Assembly (NCBI GenBank): GCA_002269645.1
Contig: NIVC01001101.1
Coordinates: 62,001-126,000 of the forward strand
Length of the DNA: 64,000 nucleotides
Direction of reading: 5' to 3'
Source of the DNA: Macrostomum lignano
Lineage: Eukaryota
The translations under genes were made by a program, and so were the position numbers. How positions within the stretch are numbered: the stretch's first letter is position 1; each line of letters begins with the position of its first letter. The notes under the pieces are model-generated. The model had not been told where the DNA came from. It searched no databases and was given only the letters and a program-made list of their open reading frames with translations. Positions 11,308 to 20,924 of the stretch are shown one piece after another.

Positions 11308-14300
11308 CACAGAATATACGGAATGCCGATTCGATCATTTTTGTTTAAAAAATCGGTACAAGAATTAAAATCACACCAGCCCACACTTGTTGTAAAGCTT
11401 TGATAGGTAGGGCTTGAGGTTTTGCCATAGACTATTCTATGAATGAAAATGAAAAAGGAAAAGGAAAGGAAAGGTTTTCACTTGACTGAAAATTAAGTTC
11501 AGTCTGAGCTTTTCTGCGCAGCATGGTTGGAAAATCCAGACTCCAGTGCGCAGCCTATGGATGCCCAAACTATGCCTACAAGTGCCCTCCGGACACCCGA
11601 TTTCATCGATTTCCGTCAAGCCGCGAGAGGTGAGTAAATTTATTATATGAGGGGTCTTTCAAAAGTTCGTAGAGTAGCCATCTCCCCTTGAAAATTTTCA
11701 CAAGTATTATTCCATATATCTACAGCCTGCAGCTAAATTTTCAGCAAAATTGACTGAAATGACCGCGAGAAATCTGCGATCAAACTCTAAACCCCCCACT
11801 GCATTTACTGCATTCTCCAAGGAGCAGTCAAGAGCCATTTGACTACGAACTACAACCAAGTCTACGAACTTTTGAAATACCCTCGTACAACCGGCATCGC
11901 AATTCACACAATTAAAAACATGGCTAATCTTCAATTATGGCGCAAATTCAAATTTCAAATCCGAAGACTGGGCCAGACGCATTTTCCGAGCCGATCTTCT
12001 TGGAAAAATAAATGAAGGCAAATGGAAGTGTGCCGTTGTGTGCAGCCACCATTTTACGGATGAAATGTACTCATGTCCAAGACTCCGACATGATACATCC
12101 ACCAGGCTGTCTGACCGTGCGTACCCCAGCCTTCAATTTTACAAGGAAATTCCAGAGCCTCGGCAGCGGCCACCTCCGAAGTGTCGAGAAACGACTGACT
12201 CGGGATCGCACCCAGTCGTGCATAGGGTCGAGAGTGATGTCGGTGTTGCCAAAACTGAAAGCGAAAGTCTTCCGGCAAGAGGCCGCAAGCCGTCATCAGC
12301 TGCATACTTATCGGCGAGATTGAGGCAGCAGAACCGAAAATTCAGCAATTTGAACCGAAAACTGGCGCTTGTTCAAGCTAAATATAAAACGCTGCTTGCA
12401 GAAAATGCAAAGCTCCGCAATGATCGAGTGAAATGCCACTGCTCACAACTGAGTCAGATGACCCCAGTGGTGAAGGAATTCATCAAGGATCAGTTGCAGA
12501 ATTCGAAAAAGCGCCGTCCGACTTGGTCGCGTGCAACCCAACGCCTGGCAATTGGTCTGTTGCATTACAGTCCGAGATCACATCGATTTATGCGCGCATC
12601 GGTTTTCTCTTGCCATGTAGATCGACACTTCGACAGAAAATTGGATCTTGTGTGCGCAATTCTGGCATCTGTCCAATAATTGAGGGCAGTGTTGCAGCAG
12701 CTGCAGTTTCAATGACGGAAGCTGAGAAAATGTGCACCATCAGCCTTGATGGCATGGCAATCACACCGTCGTTAAGATTTGATCCAAATGCAGACCAAAT
12801 TATCGGATTTGAGGATTGTGGCCCTAGTGCGGGTGGTAGGACCTCGACGGTTGCAGACGAGCTGGTTGTCGTCTGGGTCAGAGGATTCTGCTCGAACTGG
12901 AAGCAGCCAGTCGGATTCTAACTCTTGCACCATGCACCAGGAGCTCTGAGATTCAAGCAAATTCTCACTGAAGCTGTCGCCGCTGTCACAAGAATGGGCC
13001 TGAAAGTGTACGCGATTGTCTGCGACCAAGAAGCGACACAGTGGAAGTGCATTCGTGATCTGGGCGCAAATGCCGACAGTCCTGAGATGAGCATCGAAAT
13101 CGACGGCAGTGTCGTTCGAATTTCAGCTGTAGTGGATGTTCCTCACTGTTTGAAGAACATGCGAAACGCGCTCATGAAATTATTCATTTCATTCATTTTG
13201 ATGACAATGGACAGCGGCAGATCGCTTGCTGGGCTGACATCTTAGCTGTCGCAGAAACTGAATTTAGTAAGCCTGATCAATTCCGACTGGTGCCCAAGTT
13301 AAAGGAAGTTCACGTCAATCTTACAATTGGCAAGAATATGAGCGTCAAGCTAGCTGCTCAGGTCTTGTCACGAACCAGGGCACAGGCTTTGCGTGTCTAC
13401 GTTGAGTACGGTGTAATTGTCAGTGACACTGCTCTGCATACCGCCAGGTTCTGCGAGCTTGTTGATGCTCTCTTCGATTCGTCAAATGGCAGACTGTCTC
13501 AAGATGGAATTACAATTGACAACAGGGACGCGAAGAATTCCGAAATCGATTATTGGTGTAACTGGTTGCAGGCTTTGGAGTTTCATAAGGATGGGGTCAA
13601 AGTGAACGGAATGAAGTTCAATACTGGCTGGCAATACAGTTTGAGGTCGATTCAGCAAATCGCAGAGCAAGCCCTTTAAGTCGACAGTACTGAGAAGGTG
13701 ATGGTGAGACAGCTAACACAGGATCACGTCGAAAACGGATTTTATTGCATCCGGCGTAGAGGCGGCTTCAATGACAGACCGGAGTGCCGAGAAGCCGTGG
13801 CGGCACTGAGGTCTTTATCTGTCAACCACTTGTTGGGCTGTCTATCGCAGACCAACAGCAACTGCGAGAACGATGGCAGCACCTTGCTGACCGAGTTTCA
13901 GGCCAAAGTAACAGCAAGTGCAAGTGCGCCCAGTCCTGGTCCGCAGGGCGATGGTCTGATTTCAGCAGACTCCACTGAGGAAGCTCAAGACCTGCCTGCT
14001 GGCACAGTCGGCAGCATTGAGAATGAGAAGTGCGCCTACATTGGAGGCTGGCTGCTTTTCAAGCTATTCAAATCTGAGGAAAAGTGCGAGGAGTGCCAGC
14101 AGTCGTTAAAAGGCGATGGCTCAGGAGAGATGCGCTTCCTGCAGCTCAAGAACGGACAGGGCGGGACTGGAAAACTGATCATTCCCAACAAGGCAGTCAT
14201 ATCTGCAGTCTGTCAGATGGAGCGCACCTTCACGACAACGGACAAAGAGCTGTTCGTTCTGAAGGACGTGAGCAAACGGCTTCAGGAAAAGTTCTTTCCC

Positions 14301-14731
14301 ATTGTTCTTGCTAATATTCAGACGCACAGCTCGGATCACGGCGAACGCTGTGCTAAGGCAATGGCCAAGTTGTTTGCCAGACTTCGCCTGCATCACTGGT
14401 GCAACAGTCAGAGGACGCTCGCTCAGCAGAGAAAGCGGGGGCGTACAACAGGAATAAAGAGAGCTGAATAGAGGAAGAAGCTGATGCGATTAAATGCTGT
14501 TTAACTGTAGTTTAACTGTGATGCGAATGAATTCTGTTTAACTTGAGTTCTTCATTGTTTGGTTTGTTTAGATGATAAACTACGACAAAATGATTAAATT
14601 TTACATTTGGTCCTCCAGGTTACTTATTATTCTTCGCTAATTTATACTACTGGCCATAGAATTCACAACAAGAGTAGTGCATACGAATTTTAATTCGGCT
14701 TCAGGGAAATCGCTCGATTTGGCATTCTGTG
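11308..14731 (+). mobile_element. P-element/THAP9-like DNA transposon, degenerate
   Basis: THAP domain MVGKSRLQCAAYGCPN..FHRFP (exon 11523-11629, GTGAGT donor) plus W..RIFRADL..VCSHHF..AYPS. Transposase motifs include SLDGMAI, WKQPVG, VCDQ, DVPHCLKNMRNAL, MSVKLAAQVLS and TQDHVENGF. It carries frameshifts and stops. Ends CACAGAAT..ATTCTGTG are defined by the empty paralogous site at 8711-8780. Confidence 0.9.
11648..11885. mobile_element. Mariner-type MITE (238 bp) nested in the THAP intron
   Basis: TIRs TGAGGGGTCTTTCAAAAGTTCGTAG / CTACGAACTTTTGAAATACCCTCG, flanked by TA on both sides. Confidence 0.85.
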
Positions 14732-14879
14732 CTCATTTTATGCTAAGTGGCCCTAATAAAGTTTTAAAACTTTCCAGTCCTCTATGAAAGTCAGCCTGCA
14801 GTAGTTATAGTGTAGATGGATGCTGAGTCCTTCATGCTGCTCTCTCTTATCCCAATAAATGCTGCATCGAGTCCTCCCC

Positions 14880-16086
14880 ACCTGTTCACCTGCCTGCGAA
14901 GATACCGCAGCCACCTGGCTCGAGTTGGCGCATTGGCCTTCAGTCCGGACGCCACCCTGCTGGCCAGCGGTTCAGTGGACTGCACAGTCCGCCTGTGGGA
15001 TCTGCGCAGTAAAGCTCAAGCGCCTGTGCAGCTGCTCACCGATGCCAGGGACTCCGTCACGGCGGTGGCTGTTCACTCCTGGCGAATCTATACGGCTAGT
15101 CTGGATGGACGCTTGCGCTGCTACGATGCCAGGAAAGGTGCCGTTGCGGAGGGGATATTTGGTTTGAAATCTGTTTTGTTAAAAAGTATATATGTGCCAT
15201 TTGGTGTACATGTAGACCTCACAAGGACCGCTGTTCATTCCTGCGTCAGTCAGGATCGTGAGCCGATTGGGAAGAATGGCCCTCAGCGCTGCCTGTGGAC
15301 GATGCGCCGAAGGCAGTCATTATTTAAGGGAGCTGGGCCTGACCTCAAATCAAGCTTGAGTATTTCGAAATGAGACTCATGACTTTGATTTGCGATTTGT
15401 AAACAACTTTTCTCTTTTGCTACGCGCAGTGTCTCTGGGCCCGTTCTATAAAGCAATCGTAAGATAAGATCGTTCTTAGCTCCTATCTCCGTAGTGTAAA
15501 AGTTGTGACGTACGATTGAACCTACGCTACGACAGCTTTATAGTACGACCCCTCTGTCTTTATCAGTTCTACTTTGCAGGGAAGTTGTACTCGAGCAGTG
15601 TCTCAGATCGAGGCAACAGCCGAGCCATAAACGAACCCCGCAGGCCGCCTCGCAGAGGACAATCTGTCCAAGCCTCTCATCGGCCTGTGCGCCACCCGCG
15701 ATGGCCGGTGCATTCTGGCCAGCTGCTCCGATGCCAGACTCCGCCTCATCGACCGGGACACTGGCGACCTGCTGGCCAGCTACTCGGGTCACAGCGTGGC
15801 CGATCTGTCAGTTGAATGCGACGTGTCCGCGGGAGACTCGCTGGTTCTGTCTGGCTCGGCTGGCGGCTCTGGCGAGCTGATCTGCTGGGATCTGCTCAGC
15901 GGCGAGCTGCGGTGCAGGCTGAGGCATCCCGCAGCTGAGCCCGCCAGGGCTGGAGTCAGGACTCAGGCTTCGGTGGTGCAGTCTGTGTCGGCTCATCCGA
16001 AACTGTGCAGAGTTCTCACCGCGATGGGCGATGCGGTGTTCTTGTGGGCAGATCCGGCCCATGCTATCGCTGATGAGCCTCAGTGA
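14880..16086 (+). pseudogene. WDR83: WDR83/MORG1 partial gene (central and C-terminal WD40 repeats, 5' end missing)
   Basis: RRYRSHLARVGALAF..LASGSVDCTVRLWDLRS..PVQLLTDARDSVT..SLDGRLRCYDARKGAVAE joined to DNLSKPLIGLCATRDG.. is colinear with WDR83. The ~500-bp intervening segment starts GG instead of GT. Confidence 0.8.
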
Positions 16087-16538
16087 CCTCTCGTGTCGTC
16101 TAGTGAAGTTTTTAATAAACTGCATTTTTCTAGTATTCCTGCTGTCTGTGCAGACTAAATTTATCCTTTGTGTAATGTACTGTGCTATTACAAGTGGAGC
16201 TATGACGTTTCTCAATAAAACCTAATGATTATCGTTTTCATATTTAGAAAATAGCAAGCAAGCATTTTTATTCATTTTTAGTATATTTGGATTAAAGGCT
16301 GGCTCAGGCTCAGCTGCTTTAGTTAAGGCACGCTCTAAATATATGATTGTTGGAGACAGTATTTTTAGATTTTGTGTTTTAAACAGGACACAGCAAAGTG
16401 GCATAGTGACAAGACTACAAATTGATATGAGTGACAAGGCAGCTACAAATTGATGTGGCACAGTGCTACTGCAACTTGATATCAGTTACAGGGCTACAAC
16501 AAATTAATATGGATGACAAGACTACTATGGATTTGATC

Positions 16539-16820
16539 CTAATATGGATATTGATATTCATCGTCATATTCATATTGACCTTCGTCTTCATCTTGATCTT
16601 CGTCTTCATATTGATCTTGATCTTCGTCTTCATATTGATCTTGATCTTCGTTTTCATATTGATCTTGATCTTCGTCTTCATATTGATCTTGATCTTCGTC
16701 TTCATATTGATCTTGATCTTCGTCTTCATATTGATCTTGATCTTCGTCTTCATATTGATCTTGATCTTCGTCTTCATATTGATCTTGATCTTCGTCTTCA
16801 TCTTGATCTTGATCTTCGTC
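16539..16820 (-). repeat. 3' half of the G3 acidic coding minisatellite (EDEDQDQY)n and natural stop (..EGQYEYDDEYQYPY*)
   Basis: 24-bp unit GAAGACGAAGATCAAGATCAATAT, the same unit as 20925-21160 on the other side of the RTE. Confidence 0.9.
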
Positions 16821-19800
16821 TTCTTCTTCTTCTTCTCCGTTTATCGCCTTGCGGCGTGGAGTGAACAGCGTCAGGCTTCACCGCAAGTGCGTTTGTGTCG
16901 CGCCATGTTTGTCGCCGATAACGTTCTTCCGCACTTGTCGCATTCTGCTGTCTTCCTTCGGTATTTTCTTGCTCTTCTCTTGTTCTCCTCCATCTCCGGT
17001 GGATTGTGGTGTTGTTCTTTACATGTCTTTCTGTGCCTCGCTAGGTTCGATTTTACGATTGTGCTTCCACATTGCTGACATTTTACTCTTGACGCATCTA
17101 TTTCCGTCTCGCCTTGGCACACCTTCTCATGGTTTGCCAGGGTCGCTTCCTGTCGGAACTCCTTGTCGCATTTGTGGCATCTGAATTTCACCGGCTCTTT
17201 AAACACGCGATGCATCCTCTTTTGGTGGATGGTTAGTCCGCCCTTGCTTTTACACACTTTGCCGCAGAGTTCGTATTCGCATTTGAAGCCATCTCCAACC
17301 TCTCTCGGGTTCGTTTTTACGTGGTACCGTTCTTGACTTCGTTCGATCAGGCTGTTGTTACTGTCCGTCTTGGCCTTTTTTCCTTGCACTCTCTCCCACT
17401 CTTGTAGGTGTACAGTCCGCTGGTGTACTACGTTCCGCCAGTGTTTCCTGTCTAGAACGTGGCGTTCGATGTCTTGCGGTTCCATACCGGCTTCCCGGAT
17501 GAGGCGCTTCCAGTAGGATATGGTGTTGTTTTTCCGTTTTTTGCGCTTAGGGATCCTTTCCAGGCCTCTGTACCACCCTAATACGGCTTGCTTTATTTGT
17601 CTGTCGTCTTCCATCCGTAGGACGTGGCCAATCCTTTTTAGGTGACTTTTCTCAATCTTTGTTCTTAATGACACAACACCTAGTTCGTTGCGGATATCTT
17701 GCATATTTACTCCTAGGCTTTCCATTTCGCGCAGCGGTTCCATTCTCTTGTTGGACCAAATGTTGCGGTATGTTTTGTCGATGAACTGTTGCATTTTCTT
17801 GATTTCGCCGAACAGGAACGGGCGGGTGTTCGCATGGAACAGGAGTACACTTTCCACGCACGCCTCGACCACTTTAGCTTGTGTGGTCTTTTTCAGGCGG
17901 CATCGATGGAACCTTTTCCTGATCGCATTCCACGCTTTGGCGGCTCTCTGGATTCTTTGCTGTGTGTCGTATCTCCTATCCATCCACGACCCTAGGATGC
18001 GAGTTTTACCTCCGACGGATGTTCCTAGGGCCATCTCCTCCTGTTTCTCGTCATTTGTCAGTTCTTCGAACTTCTTCATATTCTCTTTGGTCGTTGTTAG
18101 GCTTCTCGTCAGTTCTCTGCCATTGCCTAGGATGGTGGTGTCGTCTGCAAAGAGCGATGAGGTCCACTTGACCGTTCACATCTCCGAGTTGTACTGGTTG
18201 ATTCTCTGAGGTGGCAAGGAGTGTCCAGGTAAGTACGTCCATTCCACCCCGCAGCTTAATCCTCTGCTGGCCGCTTCTGTCTCCCGAGTTTCTTCCGCTT
18301 TCCTGATGCTCGCCTGGTGGTAGATGTTAAATAATATCGGGGAAGTTGGGCATCCCTCGCGTAAGCCTCGCTCGGGTAGCCATGTTTCGCTTGATTTCTC
18401 CTTGCCTTGCACTTTATACGCGGTATGTTCATGCAGGTCTTTCAGTTTTTCGATCGTCTCTTGCGGCATCTTGTACGCTTGGAGGATTCCCCACAGGATC
18501 GGCTTGCACACTCTCGGATATGCCTTACGGAGGTCTAGGAGGATTGCCGTTTCTGTGTCTTCGATGTTGCAGTCTCCTGATGCTCTTTTTGTTTCCAGGT
18601 ACTCGGCAATGTCCTCGTGCATCCTGGTGAATATCTGTGCGTTGTCCGCCGTCGATCTTCCACTTCGGAAGCCGTTCTGGTTGTCATCTAGCGCTCCTAT
18701 CACTTCTGCCCAATTCCGGATTCTGGTAGCCAGAATGCGGGCTAGTATTCTGCTGAGCATAGGTAATAGGCAGATTCCTCTGTAGTTATTCATGTCTGCT
18801 CGGTCTCCCTTCTTGAATAATGGAATAATGAGTCCAATTTTCTCGTTGTCATTCCATTTGTGCGCTCGCTCTTCAAACAGAAAGCGGATCCTTGCATACA
18901 GTTCTTTACGTACTGCGTCTGGGGCGATTCTAATGTATCTGATACGAAGTTCGTCCTCCCCGGGACTTCGGTCTTTCATTTCTTTAATGGCTGCTTCTAT
19001 TTCAAGGTCCGTTGGGACTGTCGTCAGTTGTGTTCTTGTCTTTTCCGTATCTTCCTGTTCCTTCATGGTTTTGATTGATCTGATCAGTTCGGCTGTTTCG
19101 GTTTCCGGGTTTTCCAATCTAGTCCCTTGGATTCTTTCCAAATGGTTCTTGAAGTCATCTTCGTCAAAGTTGGTGTCTGTTCCGCTGTTGTTCCACTTTC
19201 CTCGCTTGTCCAACATCCTTAATTTCTCATAGACCACTGCGATCTGGCCTCTATCCGCGGCATTTCTGCATTCCTCAGCGATTGCGTCCCACCAGTTTTC
19301 CTCCCATTCCGCGAGCTTCTTTTTTATCTTTTTTCGGATAGTTGTAGTCGCTAGGCGGGCTAGGGTCGTCGCCGCCGAGGTGGGGTCTTCTCTGACGCAT
19401 GCGTTGCGATGGGCCAGCGTTTCTGCCAGCTCTCTTTGTTGTGCCTCGTGTTCGTCCAGGTGGGGGGCCATCCACGGGTTCGTTACTCGTGTCACCGTGC
19501 CGCATACGTGCCTTGCACTGTCGATGATTGAGTTTTGAACGTCTGTCCATTTCATGTCTGTGAGGTTCCTGTCCTGCTTCTCTCTTAGTTCTTCGAATCT
19601 TGTTAGTATTTCTTTTTTTAACTCAGATGCCTTGTTCTCGTCGTGGAGTTTCCTCCAGTCGATGTTCTTCCGCCTGCGTCTCGTCTGGTCCTTGACGTAC
19701 TTGTTCCGTGTCCAGCCCCGAATTATGACGGTTTTGGGCAGGTGGTCCGACAAGTTGCACTTGTTGTGGTTCTTTATCGTTTTGACCAGGCGGTGTCTGT

Positions 19801-20608
19801 CCTGCACGCGAGTTATGAAGCCGTCTATCTCATACCACGTGCCGGTGCTTGGATTTCTCCAGGTTCCCCGGTTTTTTGACTTGTGGAACGAGTTGATCCA
19901 GGCTAGATCATTTGTCACTAACCAGTTTGCGAGGTCTTCGCCCTGCTGGTTGGTCAGTGCTAAGCCAAACTTTCCTCGATGTTGCGCGTCTGTGCTTTCA
20001 AATTTGCCAATCTGTGCGTTCATGTCACCGCCAATGATGATTGGTTTGTTCTTTCTTTCATTATGAATGTAACGTTCCAGGGTGTTTCTGAGCTCTGCTA
20101 GTTCCGTTTCGTAGTCCGGAGTGCCTCTAACTGGGCAGTACACGCTGATCAATGTCGCGTCGTATATTTCTATCATGATCGCTCTGTTCGTAATATTCTT
20201 TTTTGATCCGCTGTCCTTCCACGTCTGGTACAATTCCTGGTTTAGGATGATGCCTGTTTTCTTGCCGTGAATCAGGAATGAATTTTGTTTCGGTTGGTGG
20301 TAACTTCTTATTCCGTCTGACGGTGCCGATAACTCCGAGATGAGGGCTACCTCCCAATTCTCACTCATAATCTTTTTTGCGATCTCTCCAAAACGCGTGC
20401 CGAACACGTTTGCCCGCTGGACATTCCATGTTGTTATTCTCAGCTCGTTGTTTAATGTTTCTCTGCGTTTGTTAATCTTCTTCGTTCTTCTTGTTCCACG
20501 GCGTCGGGTTCTTCTGATTAGTCTGCTTTTCTTCTCTTTTTGGGTTTTCGGTCGTTTTGTGCTTTTTCTTGGGTTTTCGGATTCTTTCTTTGGTCTTTCC
20601 TTCCTGTT

Positions 20609-20650
20609 TGGTCCTGGGTTCTTCTCTACTGTCGTCAGCTGTGCTTTCAC
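20609..20650 (-). other. 2A/StopGo-like motif (VKAQLTTVEKNPG/P) in the RTE ORF upstream of APE
   Basis: 7 of 8 positions of D(V/I)ExNPGP match, with T in place of D. Position (N-terminal to APE) matches known LINE 2A-like sequences. Confidence 0.6.
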
Positions 20651-20846
20651 TTCCGCCGACCTTTGTTTCCGGCTTGGTCTTGTGCGGCTCTGCTGTTCCT
20701 CTAGCTCTCTACCTTTGTGCTGTCCACTGGTTTTTGCCTGGTTAATCTCGGTACCCAGGTCGGCTACTTCTGGGTACCACGAGTGAAAAGGGCCGGTGTC
20801 GTCGTACTGGCTTCCGCCAGTGGCTTCGATCCATGGTCCCTTCCGT

Positions 20847-20924
20847 TTGCTCCCTTCTTTGCCAAGACTTTTTCGGGTCTTGTCCACTGGCCACCTCGTG
20901 AAGGTGGGGGAACAATCGGCCAGC
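20847..20924 (-). ncRNA. HDV-like (nested double-pseudoknot) self-cleaving ribozyme at the RTE 5' end
   Basis: Hand-folded: P1 GCUGGCC/GGCCAGU (G1.U wobble); P2 UUGUUCCC/GGGAGCAA; P3 ACC/GGU; L3 UUCACGA; P1.1 UC/GG; A.G pair then P4 CAAGAC/GUCUUG; J4/2 CAAA with the candidate catalytic C at 20861. Confidence 0.85.

Larger units (their letters stand above)
16821..20924 (-). mobile_element. Full-length RTE-clade non-LTR retrotransposon (copy 2): HDV-like ribozyme, leader, 2A-like motif, APE, RT, 4 Zn fingers, (GAA)5
   Basis: APE motifs TWNV, ISVYCP, IIGGDMNA, EIDGF, SDHLP. RT motifs KKGD..NYRGICLL, QNGFR, DLRKAYPRV, GLREGCPTSP, LFADD. RTE-type thumb GHVLRM..DR.HWR. No RNase H. One nonsense codon at 18176-18178 (CGA in copy 1). 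Confidence 0.95.

Noticed and set aside
11707-11934. 75-aa Cys-containing ORF inside the P-element intron
   Set aside because: It lies over a non-coding mariner MITE, on the opposite strand to the transposase, and has no motif.
20786-20792. Reading CCCUUUU plus hairpin as a classical -1 frameshift into pol
   Set aside because: The X_XXY_YYZ phase lies in the pol frame itself, so a -1 slip would leave pol and stop at 20742. Entry from the AUG ORF needs +1.
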